Assembly (NCBI GenBank): GCA_934086185.1 | Contig: CAKOHW010000005.1 | Span: 23,576 to 87,575, forward strand | DNA from: an uncultured Bacilli bacterium | GTDB taxonomy: Bacteria > Bacillota_I > Bacilli_A > RF39 > UBA660 | Length of the DNA stretch: 64,000 bases | Direction of reading: 5' to 3' | Shown: positions 1 through 9,912 of the stretch, piece after piece | How the letters are laid out: each line of letters opens with the position of its first letter | Numbering within the stretch: the first letter of the stretch is position 1 | The notes under the pieces: generated by a model | Told to the model about the DNA's origin: nothing | Seen by the model: the letters and a program-made list of their open reading frames with translations, nothing else | Database searches by the model: none | Program-made: the position numbers and the translations under genes

Positions 1-1215
1 AAATTAGATGAATTAAAAGTTAATGAAAAGAAATTAAGAAGTGATTGGGAAGAAGAAAAAGTCATAAATGACAATATTGCTAAAAAGAAAGAAGAAATTG
101 AACGTAAGACTTATGAATTAGAGGTTGCTGAAAACAATTATGATTTGGAAACCGCCGCTAAATTACGTCACGGTGTAATACCAACATTAAAACGTGAATT
201 AGAAGAGCTTAATAATAACAATAAGCGTTCTATTTTAAGTGATGTTGTTGATGATGAAAGTATTGCTAAAATCATTTCTAAATGGACTAATATTCCAGTA
301 GCTAAATTAGTTGGTGGTGAAAAAGAAAAATTAATTCATTTATTCGACAACATGAAAAAACGTGTTAAAGGTCAAGATGAAGCTTTATATTTAGTAAGTG
401 AAGCTATAAAAAGAGCAAGAGCAGGAATTAAAGATCCAAATAGACCAATAGGTTCATTTATGTTTTTAGGGCCTACAGGCGTTGGTAAAACCGAAGTTGC
501 ACGTACGCTTGCGTATGAATTATTTGATGATGAAAAACATATGATAAGAATTGATATGAGTGAATATATGGAAAGTCATTCTGTCGCTAGATTAGTTGGT
601 GCTCCTCCAGGATATGTTGGTTATGATGAAGGAGGTCAATTAACTGAAGCGGTTAGACGTAATCCTTATAGTATTGTTCTTTTCGATGAAATAGAAAAAG
701 CACACAAAGATGTATTTAATATATTATTACAAATATTAGATGATGGTAGAATTACTGATGGCCAAGGTCGTACAGTAGATTTTAAAAATACTATTATAAT
801 TATGACAAGCAACTTAGGAAGTGAATATATATTAAATAGTGAAAGTAATTACGAAGAAAAAATAAATGAATGTATAAAAGCTACATTTAAACCAGAATTT
901 ATTAATAGAATTGATGAAATTATTACTTTTAAACCTTTGACTAAAGATGTAGTTTATGAAATCTTGAATAATATTATTAAGAATATTGAATTAAGATTAA
1001 GAGATAAACAATTGACTTTATCTTTAACAGATAGAGCAAAAGATTATATAATCGATAATAGTTTTGATGTTAATTATGGTGCTAGACCAATTAAACGTTA
1101 TGTAAGTAGAAATATAGAAACATTAATTGCAAATGCATTAATTAATGATGAAATATTATTTGGAAGTAACATAAATATTGATATTAAAGATAATGAATTT
1201 TATATTACGAAATAA
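1..1215 (+). CDS. clpB: ATP-dependent chaperone ClpB, C-terminal part (5' end lies outside the window). The coiled-coil middle domain and the second AAA+ module are present.
   Basis: Frame 1 is open from nt 1 into the listed ORF 145..1215. Motifs GPTGVGKTE (Walker A), VLFDEIEKAH (Walker B / sensor) and the NYGARPIKR C-terminal region are typical of ClpB/Hsp104 D2. Confidence 0.85.
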   Translation, partial: KLDELKVNEKKLRSDWEEEKVINDNIAKKKEEIERKTYELEVAENNYDLETAAKLRHGVIPTLKRELEELNNNNKRSILSDVVDDESIAKIISKWTNIPVAKLVGGEKEKLIHLFDNMKKRVKGQDEALYLVSEAIKRARAGIKDPNRPIGSFMFLGPTGVGKTEVARTLAYELFDDEKHMIRIDMSEYMESHSVARLVGAPPGYVGYDEGGQLTEAVRRNPYSIVLFDEIEKAHKDVFNILLQILDDGRITDGQGRTVDFKNTIIIMTSNLGSEYILNSESNYEEKINECIKATFKPEFINRIDEIITFKPLTKDVVYEILNNIIKNIELRLRDKQLTLSLTDRAKDYIIDNSFDVNYGARPIKRYVSRNIETLIANALINDEILFGSNINIDIKDNEFYITK

Positions 1216-1217
1216 TA

Positions 1218-1246
1218 AACAGTAGTTTAATTGCTACTGTTTTTTA
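1218..1246 (+). terminator. Intrinsic terminator after clpB
   Basis: Hairpin acagtag / ctactgt with an 8-nt loop, followed by TTTTT. Confidence 0.6.
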
Positions 1247-1302
1247 GTTAATACTTATTATTTTAATGATAAGAAAAAGCCACCTTAAAGGTGGTAAGTA
1301 TT

Positions 1303-2403
1303 TTATTTATTTGTTCTTAATTCTATTATCATATTTCCAGTTATACCTAAACCGAATAATAAACTGAATAATGAAACAAATGCTCCTATTACAGGTATAA
1401 TTTTAAGAACGCTTATTATAAATAATCCTACTATTACTAATAAATAACTATTTAAATTCTTTTTCAAATATTTATTATCTAATTCTGTTGCAATAAAGTA
1501 TGAAGTAAATATGCTTGAAACATATATTAATATTCCATATATTATTCCACCTACTATTCCAACTGATGCGAATAAGTTAGTTACTAATAACATTAAAGCA
1601 ATTATTGGTACTCCAATTAGGATTAAGAATCCTTTTCCACATATTGTTAAAATAGTTTTTGCAGATTTGTCTTTTACTTGTTTTAATGAATTCTTTAATA
1701 ATTTTTCTGATAAGTAAATTAATACTATAGCAAACATCGTAATATGTATATAGTTATTTATAAATGATACTAAATAATCTTTAAATGATATTTTTGTTGA
1801 AGTTCTTTCTACTTTTTTTGTTTTTATGTCATCTTTTAAACCGGTTACTTTCGCATCTTTATTATATTTTAATGTTCCTTCTATTTTTATATCATCTGAT
1901 AATTTTATTTCTTGTGCATCTACATTAACATTACCTTTATAAGTACCGTTAAGTTCTACTATAGATCCAGATAAATATATATTTCTTTCTACATTACCAT
2001 CAATAGTGATTTTTTCAGCTACCATATATGCATCTCTACCAAGATTTCCCTCTATATTTATATTTGCTGCTGCTAAGAAAGCATCATTTTTAATATTAGA
2101 TTTTATCTTAATATCACTTGCTGCAGAGAATAGATATTCTTGATCAGAATTAATATTTATAACTTGACCTGCTATAAAACCAATTCCATTGATTTTCTTA
2201 TCTACATCAATATTTCTTCCTGCTAAAAATGCTGTTCCATTTAATTCTTCAGATATTTTCAAATTTTCATCTGCTTGGAATAAACTTTTTCCACTATTTT
2301 TTGCTGATACACCAGTTATTATAAGTAGTGAACAAATTGCAAAAATAATCAAATATTTTAAACTTTTTTTCATATTTTCATCTCCTTGATTATAATTAAA
2401 CAC
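1303..2403 (-). CDS. Secreted/membrane protein. It has an N-terminal signal peptide, a repetitive beta-rich (bactofilin / DUF4097-like) domain and a C-terminal polytopic membrane region.
   Basis: Signal peptide MKKSLKYLIIFAICSLLIITGVSA. Repeated I-x-G-x-V/I motifs. Multiple hydrophobic helices sit at the C-terminus. Confidence 0.4.
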   Translation of the reverse strand: MFNYNQGDENMKKSLKYLIIFAICSLLIITGVSAKNSGKSLFQADENLKISEELNGTAFLAGRNIDVDKKINGIGFIAGQVININSDQEYLFSAASDIKIKSNIKNDAFLAAANINIEGNLGRDAYMVAEKITIDGNVERNIYLSGSIVELNGTYKGNVNVDAQEIKLSDDIKIEGTLKYNKDAKVTGLKDDIKTKKVERTSTKISFKDYLVSFINNYIHITMFAIVLIYLSEKLLKNSLKQVKDKSAKTILTICGKGFLILIGVPIIALMLLVTNLFASVGIVGGIIYGILIYVSSIFTSYFIATELDNKYLKKNLNSYLLVIVGLFIISVLKIIPVIGAFVSLFSLLFGLGITGNMIIELRTNK

Positions 2404-2511
2404 ATTTTCCTGTTGTAGTCAAGAATATTACTTTATCAAATTAATATTTTATATGTTTTTATACTTGCAAAAATGTACTAATTTATCTATAATTATATTA
2501 GGTGATAATGT

Positions 2512-3003
2512 ATGGCGAATAAAAAGAGCGTTGTTGCTAATACTAAGGGTAAGGATACTAAGAAGACAACTTCTAAAAAAACAACAAATAAATCTACTAC
2601 AACTAAGAAAACAGTTAAAAGTCCTGTAAAAAAGACTAATACAAAAAAAGTTGTTAATAGTAGTCCTCATAAAGAACAAGTTACTGAAATAAAAAAAGAT
2701 AAAAATTTAAATATTGAAGTAACAAAATATGAAAATGAAGAAAAGGAAATCATAGAAGAAATTAATAATGTAAATGTTGCTAAATTAGAAAATGCTAAAT
2801 TTAGTCGCATCAAAAAAAATAAATCATTACTTGCAATTGGTGTATTAATTTCTATATTAGGTTTAATTGCTTTACTAATTTCATTAGTAGCAAATAGAAT
2901 TATAGATAGAGAATATATAAGTGATTCTGCTATTAATTTAATGTTATGTGCAAGCTTAATTATTGAAGGTTTTGGTGCATTTATAATTATAAATGAAACA
3001 TAA
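2512..3003 (+). CDS. Small basic membrane protein with a Lys/Thr-rich N-terminal tail and two C-terminal TM helices
   Basis: ORF is preceded by TTGCAA-17-TATAAT and AGGTGA. Low-complexity tail KKTTSKKTTNKSTTTKK. No recognisable family. Confidence 0.4.
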   Translation: MANKKSVVANTKGKDTKKTTSKKTTNKSTTTKKTVKSPVKKTNTKKVVNSSPHKEQVTEIKKDKNLNIEVTKYENEEKEIIEEINNVNVAKLENAKFSRIKKNKSLLAIGVLISILGLIALLISLVANRIIDREYISDSAINLMLCASLIIEGFGAFIIINET

Positions 3004-3029
3004 ATTATTAATTATTTCTATGTAGTTGG

Positions 3030-4442
3030 GTGGTAATTATGAAAAGAAAAAACATAATAATACTTATCTTAATAGGAATAATTTTTTTTAGTGGTATTTA
3101 TTGTTTTAAAAATAAAAAAGTATATTTTTCATTAATTGGAGATAATGATATAAAAATTGATGTTAATGAAAAATATAAAGATGATGGGTATTATGCTAAA
3201 TATTGTAGTAAATATTTTAAATTATTTTGTAAAGATATAAGTAAAGATGTTAAAGTTACTAAAAATGTTAAAAGTAATAAAAGTTATAGTATAGTTTATA
3301 ATTTAAAATATAATAACGAAAATAAAGTTTTAACTAGAAATGTTTATGTTGATGATTTGGAAAGTCCAGAAATAACTCTTGTAGATTCTGGAAGTAAAAT
3401 TTGTCCTAATAAAGCATATATCGAAGAAGGATATAGCGCTTTTGATAATGTTGATGGTGATATAACTAATAATGTTTTAGTTGAAAGAATAGATAATAAA
3501 ATATATTATACGGTAAGTGATTCATCTGGAAATAAGAAAACTGTTTTTAGAGATATTAATTATAAGGATGATGAAGCTCCTAAGATTAATTTGAATGGAG
3601 ATAAAACATACATATATAAAGGAACTAAGTATGAAGATACTAGTTATAGTGCATATGATAATTGTGATGGTGATATAACTAATAATGTTATAGTAAGTAA
3701 TGTTGACACATCTAAAACTGGGGAATATAATATAGATTATTCAGTTACAGATTCATCTGGAAATAAAACAATAGTTACTAAAAAAGTTATTGTGTATGAT
3801 GATTTGAGTGAGATACCTAAAAATGGTAAAGTTGTTTATTTAACATTTGATGATGGTCCTTGTTCTTATACTTCAGATATATTAAAAATACTAGATAAAT
3901 ATAATGTTAAGGCTACGTTCTTTGTTACAAATCAATTTTCTAGTTATCAATATGTTATAGGTGAAGAATTTAAAAAGGGACATGCTATTGCGGTTCATAC
4001 TTATAGTCATGTTTATAAAAAAGTATATAATTCAGTAGATGATTATGTAAATGATTTTGATAATATGAATAATATAATATATGAGCAAACAGGTACTAAA
4101 ACTAAAATGTTTAGATTTCCTGGTGGAAGTAGTAATACAATAAGTAGATTTAATAAAGGTATTGTTACAAATGTTGCTAAAAAAATGACTGAATTAGGTT
4201 ATTACTATTATGATTGGAATGTTGATAGTGAAGATGTTAGTAACACAGATCCTGTAAAAATTAAAAATAACGTTTTAAAAGGAATTGAGAAACATGATGC
4301 ATCGGTGGTCCTTTTACACGATATAAAAAAAGCAAATATTGAAAGTGTTGATATGATTATTAAAGAAGGTTTAGAAAAAGGTTATACTTTCTTACCACTT
4401 GATATTAATTCTCCAACTGCTCATCATAGCATAAATAATTAG
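3030..4442 (+). CDS. Membrane-anchored polysaccharide (peptidoglycan) deacetylase, NodB/CE4 family, with two DUF5011-like Ig domains
   Basis: N-terminal TM segment. Repeated YSAFDNVDGDITNNV / YSAYDNCDGDITNNV Ig-like motifs. NodB catalytic motifs TFDDGP and HTYSH. Confidence 0.75.
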   Translation: MVIMKRKNIIILILIGIIFFSGIYCFKNKKVYFSLIGDNDIKIDVNEKYKDDGYYAKYCSKYFKLFCKDISKDVKVTKNVKSNKSYSIVYNLKYNNENKVLTRNVYVDDLESPEITLVDSGSKICPNKAYIEEGYSAFDNVDGDITNNVLVERIDNKIYYTVSDSSGNKKTVFRDINYKDDEAPKINLNGDKTYIYKGTKYEDTSYSAYDNCDGDITNNVIVSNVDTSKTGEYNIDYSVTDSSGNKTIVTKKVIVYDDLSEIPKNGKVVYLTFDDGPCSYTSDILKILDKYNVKATFFVTNQFSSYQYVIGEEFKKGHAIAVHTYSHVYKKVYNSVDDYVNDFDNMNNIIYEQTGTKTKMFRFPGGSSNTISRFNKGIVTNVAKKMTELGYYYYDWNVDSEDVSNTDPVKIKNNVLKGIEKHDASVVLLHDIKKANIESVDMIIKEGLEKGYTFLPLDINSPTAHHSINN

Positions 4443-4450
4443 GAGGTATT

Positions 4451-5458
4451 ATGAGATTATTAGTTGAAATTGTATTTTATGTTTTTGGAATTTTATACCC
4501 TATTACTATATTATTAAGTTCTATAAAATCTAAAAAAAGAAGTGAAAAATTAAATAAATATGTTTTAGTATGTATAATATTTATAATGTTTTATATCTTT
4601 AAAATAGGAGGATATATGTTAATACATAGATATGAGAATGGACATTATGATAATAAAATATTAGAAAATAAAGATAAAAATACTGAAAATGTAAAAGATG
4701 AAGATAAAGATAATGAAAATAATAATGTAGAAAATAAAAATAATGAAATTGATAATGTAGAAAATACAGAAACTAAAGAAGAAGTTAAAACTACTAAAAA
4801 AGTTGTTAATAATACTGATGATACAACTAAGTCTAATAATACTAATAATACAAAAATTATTAATACTGGGAATCATGAAATTACACAAGTTGATGGCGTT
4901 TATTATGTTGATGGTTATATGATTGTTAATAAGACATATGCTTTACCTAGTGACTATAAGCCAAAAAATCCTCATATGCAAATAAATAATAGTAAATATG
5001 GATCTTCTTACATTGATGAGGATGTGTATAAAAACTTTGAAATTATGAAAGCAGATGCGTTAGCACTTGGTCTAAACATCTGGATACAAAGTGGCTATAG
5101 AAGTTATTCTTTCCAAGAAGAATTATATAATCATTATGTTAATAAAGATGGCAAAGCTATGGCTGATACTTATAGTGCAAGAGCCGGACATTCTGAACAT
5201 CAAACTGGACTTGCATTTGACTTAAACTCAATATCAGATGCGTTCCAATATACTGAAGAAGGAAAATGGGTTAACAATAATGCATATAAATATGGTTTTA
5301 TTTTAAGATATCCTAAAGGTAAAGATAATATTACTGGTTATAAATATGAAAGTTGGCATTTAAGATATGTTGGTTATGATTTAGCAGAAAAGCTTTATAA
5401 TAATGGTGATTGGATTACTATGGAAGAATACTTTAATTTAACAAGCACATATGAATAA
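4451..5458 (+). CDS. Membrane-anchored VanY-type D-Ala-D-Ala carboxypeptidase (peptidase M15B) with an Asn/Asp/Glu-rich low-complexity linker
   Basis: Zn-binding motifs SEHQTGLAFD (SxHxxGxAxD) and ESWHLRY (ExxH). N-terminal TM helices. Confidence 0.75.
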   Translation: MRLLVEIVFYVFGILYPITILLSSIKSKKRSEKLNKYVLVCIIFIMFYIFKIGGYMLIHRYENGHYDNKILENKDKNTENVKDEDKDNENNNVENKNNEIDNVENTETKEEVKTTKKVVNNTDDTTKSNNTNNTKIINTGNHEITQVDGVYYVDGYMIVNKTYALPSDYKPKNPHMQINNSKYGSSYIDEDVYKNFEIMKADALALGLNIWIQSGYRSYSFQEELYNHYVNKDGKAMADTYSARAGHSEHQTGLAFDLNSISDAFQYTEEGKWVNNNAYKYGFILRYPKGKDNITGYKYESWHLRYVGYDLAEKLYNNGDWITMEEYFNLTSTYE

Positions 5459-5506
5459 TATGTGTTTTTCTTTTTTTATGTGTTAAAATTATATTGGGTG
5501 AATAAT

Positions 5507-7846
5507 ATGAAACTAGATATAGAAGATAACTCAATTTTAATTATTCCTAATGATATTAAAGATAATGTATTAAATTATTTAAGAAATAATAAAAAATATA
5601 TGAATATAAAAATTATGGATTTAAATACATTTATTAAGGCATTAACTTTTGATTATAATGAAGAAACTATATATAATCTTATGAAAATAGAAAATATTAG
5701 TTATGATATTGCTACTTTATATTTAGATAATATACGATATATAAATGAAGATATTAAAGATAATAAAATGAAAAAGTTAATAAATATTAAAGATAGTATA
5801 GATAATAAACTAATAAAAAATAAATTATTTAGAAAACTTATTAAAAATAAAAATATATACATATATGGATATGATTATATTAATAAATATCAGAAATATA
5901 TATTAGATGGTGTTAATAACTTAGAGTTTATTAACAAAGAATATAAAGTATATGATCATGAGGTTTATAAATTTAATAATTTAGAAGATGAAGTAATATT
6001 TGTGGCAGAAGAAATATGTAATTTACTTGATAATGGTGTTGATATTAATAATATATTTGTTTCAAATACTAATTCAGATTATGATTTTATAATAAAAAAA
6101 ATATTTAATATGTATAATATTCCTATAAATATTAAAAATACTAGTACTTTGTATCAAACTGAAATTGGTAAATATTTTATTAATAATTTGTGTAATGATA
6201 TAAATAAATTATTAGATAATATTAAAGAAAAATATGATATGACTAATATTAGTAATAAGAGTATTTATAATAAACTTATAAATGTTGTTAATAAGTTTTA
6301 TTTTACAGATGATTATGTAAGTGTTAAAGATATTATTATTAGTGTTATGAAAAATACAAAGTTAGATAGTGTAAATTATAAAAATGCTGTTAATAACTTG
6401 TCAATTGTTAACAATATAATTGATGATAATAAATATGTTTTCTTAGTTGGTTTTAATTTAAATAGTATTCCTGTTACTGTGAAAGATGAAGACTATATTA
6501 GTGATAATATTAAACCTAGTTTCTTAGAGAAAAGTTATGAACTTAATGTTATAAATAAAAAATTATATTATAAAATTATTAGTAATATTAAGAATTTATA
6601 TATTAGTTATAAAGAGAAGTATTTGAATGAGAGTTTTTTTCCTAGTTTATTAATAGATGAGTATAAAATGAATGTTATTGATAAAAGTATAGATTATAGT
6701 AATTATAGTGATATTTTAAATAGAATAAAGACTACACATGAATTAGATAATTTAATTAGATATAATACACATAGTAAGAATTTAGATGTATTATATAGTA
6801 ATTATAAAATAGATTATAATACTTATGATAATAGATTTAGTGGTATTAATAAAAATAGTTTGTATGAATATTTAAATAGTAGTCTTAATTTAAGCTTTTC
6901 TAGTATGGATAATTATTATCATTGTCAATTTAAGTTTTATTTATCTAATATATTAAAATTAGATTATTTTGAAGAAAAGATACAAACATATATTGGAAAT
7001 TTATTTCATTATGTACTTAGTAAATGTTTAGATAGTGATACTGATGTTGATAAATTGTGTCAATATTACATAGAAAATAATATATATCCTAAAAGTTTTA
7101 AAAATGAATATTTTTTAAGTAGAATTATTGATGAAATAAAATTTGTTGTTAATGTAATTAAGTATCAAAATACTTTAATGAATATGGATAGTGCAAAGTA
7201 TGAAGAAAAAGTTAATGTTGATAAGTCAGATGTTATTAACATTACGTTTAAGGGTTTTATAGATAAGTTATTGTTAAAAGATAATTATGCAGTAATTATA
7301 GATTATAAAACATATAAAATAGATGTTGATTTAAATTATTTACCTTATGGTTTATCTATGCAATTACCAGTTTATTTATACTTAACTAAAAATATAGATA
7401 AAGATTATAAGATTATTGGTTTTTATTTACAACAAGTGTTATTTAATAAATTTAGTAAAGTTAATGGTAAAACTTTAAAAGAATTAAAGAAAGATAATTT
7501 AAAATTAAAGGGATATAGCTTAGGTAATGAAAGTATTTTAAGTAATTTAGATAGTACTTTAGAGAATAGTGAATTAATACATTCTATGAAAATAACTGAT
7601 AAAGGTTTTTATAGATATGCTAATACATTGACTGAAAATCAAATAGACAATATAGTTAAGATTACCAATAATAAAATAGATGAATGTATTAAGGGTATAG
7701 AAAATGCTGATTTTACTATTAATCCTAAAAAAATTAATGGTAAAAATATAGGCTGTAATTATTGTAATTTTAAAGATATTTGTTATATGACTAATAGAGA
7801 TATTCGTGAATTAGAAGATATAAAAGATTTAGATTATTTAAATTAA
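5507..7846 (+). CDS. addB: Helicase-nuclease complex subunit AddB (reduced form). The Fe-S cluster cysteines and RecB-type nuclease are present.
   Basis: Motifs SFSSMDNYYHCQFKFYL, GFIDKLLLKDNYAVIIDYKTYK (PD-(D/E)xK) and C-terminal CNYCNFKDIC. ATG at 5507 sits behind GGGTGA. The listed GTG extension at 5462 is judged a spurious start. Confidence 0.75.
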   Translation: MKLDIEDNSILIIPNDIKDNVLNYLRNNKKYMNIKIMDLNTFIKALTFDYNEETIYNLMKIENISYDIATLYLDNIRYINEDIKDNKMKKLINIKDSIDNKLIKNKLFRKLIKNKNIYIYGYDYINKYQKYILDGVNNLEFINKEYKVYDHEVYKFNNLEDEVIFVAEEICNLLDNGVDINNIFVSNTNSDYDFIIKKIFNMYNIPINIKNTSTLYQTEIGKYFINNLCNDINKLLDNIKEKYDMTNISNKSIYNKLINVVNKFYFTDDYVSVKDIIISVMKNTKLDSVNYKNAVNNLSIVNNIIDDNKYVFLVGFNLNSIPVTVKDEDYISDNIKPSFLEKSYELNVINKKLYYKIISNIKNLYISYKEKYLNESFFPSLLIDEYKMNVIDKSIDYSNYSDILNRIKTTHELDNLIRYNTHSKNLDVLYSNYKIDYNTYDNRFSGINKNSLYEYLNSSLNLSFSSMDNYYHCQFKFYLSNILKLDYFEEKIQTYIGNLFHYVLSKCLDSDTDVDKLCQYYIENNIYPKSFKNEYFLSRIIDEIKFVVNVIKYQNTLMNMDSAKYEEKVNVDKSDVINITFKGFIDKLLLKDNYAVIIDYKTYKIDVDLNYLPYGLSMQLPVYLYLTKNIDKDYKIIGFYLQQVLFNKFSKVNGKTLKELKKDNLKLKGYSLGNESILSNLDSTLENSELIHSMKITDKGFYRYANTLTENQIDNIVKITNNKIDECIKGIENADFTINPKKINGKNIGCNYCNFKDICYMTNRDIRELEDIKDLDYLN

Positions 7847-7894
7847 AAAGTGAATTATGTAATATCAAATAGATATTATAAATAATTCACTTTT

Positions 7895-8869
7895 TTAAAG
7901 ACTTGCTAGTATATTATTTAATGCGTGCATTCCTATGTTTATTGTTAAATTATTTGTTTTAGCGTAAACATATGATAATCCTATACCTATCATACTATAT
8001 GGAATAATATATAAATATTGTAAAATAGATTGATCATAGCCTACTACATGCCACGCTCCAAATCCAATACCGCTAATTATTATGAATAATATATCATTTT
8101 TTATTAATTTTCTTAAGCATCCTCTAAATAATAATTCTTCTGCTATTGGAGCATAAAATATTCCCAATATTATCGTTGATATTTTATGTTCATTTAATAT
8201 TAATTCATTTGTAGAATCACTTTTAACAATTATACCTACTATGATAAATAATATAGAACTTATTAATGAAAATATGATAAAATTTTTTAATATGAAAGAT
8301 ATATATACTTTTTTATTTTTTTTAAAATCTTTAATACTCATTTTTAATTCTGTTACAAAAAATGAGATTAGAGTTATAAATACTAATATATAAAATATGA
8401 ATTCATTCATGTGTATATAATTATATGCAATTATGATGCTTAGAAATAAATATGCATATACTTTTTTATCATAATTTAATTTATTTGGTAAAGGTTTTAT
8501 TTTATCTTCTGCTTTGTTCATTTCTTTGAGTAATTTTTTATCTGCAATCCAAATTATTTTTTCTGTTAGTATTCCACCTATTATATTTGAAAAGAAAAAT
8601 ATAAATGTTGATAAATCTAAAAATATATATTTACTCAGTTTTTTATAATCATCTGTAAATAATATAAATATTGCTAATGGTATTGCAATAATAGCATATA
8701 TAAATATTATTTTTAGTACTAACGTACTTAAACTATTCATAAAAAAGAGAGCTAATAATACTTTAATAGACTCTACTATTATTGTTATTAGTGATGCTGT
8801 ATTTTTTAATTTTATATTTTCTTCTGTCATTTTTATTCTTTTTATGTATTCTTTTATTTCTTTTTTCAT
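7895..8869 (-). CDS. CPBP-family (CAAX / Abi) intramembrane metalloprotease
   Basis: Polytopic membrane protein carrying EELLFRG, FGAWH and HALNN motifs. Confidence 0.7.
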   Translation of the reverse strand: MKKEIKEYIKRIKMTEENIKLKNTASLITIIVESIKVLLALFFMNSLSTLVLKIIFIYAIIAIPLAIFILFTDDYKKLSKYIFLDLSTFIFFFSNIIGGILTEKIIWIADKKLLKEMNKAEDKIKPLPNKLNYDKKVYAYLFLSIIIAYNYIHMNEFIFYILVFITLISFFVTELKMSIKDFKKNKKVYISFILKNFIIFSLISSILFIIVGIIVKSDSTNELILNEHKISTIILGIFYAPIAEELLFRGCLRKLIKNDILFIIISGIGFGAWHVVGYDQSILQYLYIIPYSMIGIGLSYVYAKTNNLTINIGMHALNNILASL

Positions 8870-8877
8870 GTTATCAC

Positions 8878-9795
8878 CTAATATACTTCTACTACTGTTC
8901 CAATAGATACATTCTCATATATTTTTGATGCAATATCTTTTGGTAGGTTTATACAACCGTGAGATCCATCATTTTCATATATTTTTCCTCCAAATTCATC
9001 TCTCCATGTCGCATCATGTAACCCTATTCCACCATGTATAGCCATCCAATAATTTACATATGATAAATAACCTGGGCCTTTTAAATATACATTTCTTGCT
9101 TTTTCATAAACTTTAAATGTACCTTTTGGTGTATTATGATTTTTTATATTACCTGTTACTATATCTGAAGATAAGAATAATTTATTATTTTTAAAAAACC
9201 ATAGTTTTTGATTGTCTATTGATATTTTTATATAAGTAGATGTAGATTTTACACTAATTGTTCTTGTTATTGTTGATACATTATTTGATGAATCTTTTAC
9301 TTGATACGTTAATGTATAATCACCTAATTCTTTAGTGTTTACTTTGCCTGTTATTTCTATTTTATCTGTTATATCTCCATCTATATTATCAGTTGCTTTA
9401 GCTCCTTCATCTATATATTCAGTATCTTTACCTACTACTACATAATCATTTCCAACTAGTGATATTTCTGGAGCAACATTATCTTTTACTATTACATTTC
9501 TATATATTGTATTGTTATCAACTGTATAAGATATTTTGTAATTACCTGGTTTACTGTTATTTATTTTACCTTCTATTTTTATTTTATCTGAAATATCTTT
9601 TTCATTTTTTATTGCTTTTGCACCTAATTCATTATAGGTATCATATACATTCATTGTTATGGTTTCATTACCTATTAATACTATATGAGGAGTATTATAT
9701 TTTTTATATAAAAGTAACGTACATGTGAGTATTCCTAATGATATAAATAAAGATATTATAAGAATTACTTTAATATGTTTCCTCATTTTCCTCAC
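8878..9795 (-). CDS. Membrane-anchored L,D-transpeptidase (YkuD domain) with DUF5011-like Ig domains
   Basis: N-terminal TM segment. Ig-like KATDNIDGDITDKI motif. Catalytic HGG...SHGCINLP motif. Confidence 0.75.
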   Translation of the reverse strand: MRKMRKHIKVILIISLFISLGILTCTLLLYKKYNTPHIVLIGNETITMNVYDTYNELGAKAIKNEKDISDKIKIEGKINNSKPGNYKISYTVDNNTIYRNVIVKDNVAPEISLVGNDYVVVGKDTEYIDEGAKATDNIDGDITDKIEITGKVNTKELGDYTLTYQVKDSSNNVSTITRTISVKSTSTYIKISIDNQKLWFFKNNKLFLSSDIVTGNIKNHNTPKGTFKVYEKARNVYLKGPGYLSYVNYWMAIHGGIGLHDATWRDEFGGKIYENDGSHGCINLPKDIASKIYENVSIGTVVEVY

Positions 9796-9912
9796 CTATT
9801 TTAATAGTATCATATTGATACATCTTTATTATTATTTTGCCAATAATTTTACAATTCTTTTTACATTTAATTATTTAGAAAAAATTGTTATAATATTTTT
9901 AAGGTGATAGGT

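Noticed and set aside
4661-4888. 75-aa Ile/Phe-rich ORF antisense to the VanY gene, plus many similar short antisense ORFs in the track (for example 1511-1717, 9459-9728, 15494-15775, 26531-26812, 42755-43189, 57884-58147)
   Set aside because: They overlap well-supported genes on the other strand, have no RBS, and have the low-complexity composition typical of AT-rich antisense frames.
5462-5506. GTG-initiated N-terminal extension of addB (MFFFFYVLKLYWVNN)
   Set aside because: There is no RBS. The downstream ATG at 5507 has a GGGTGA Shine-Dalgarno. The extension overlaps the VanY terminator region.
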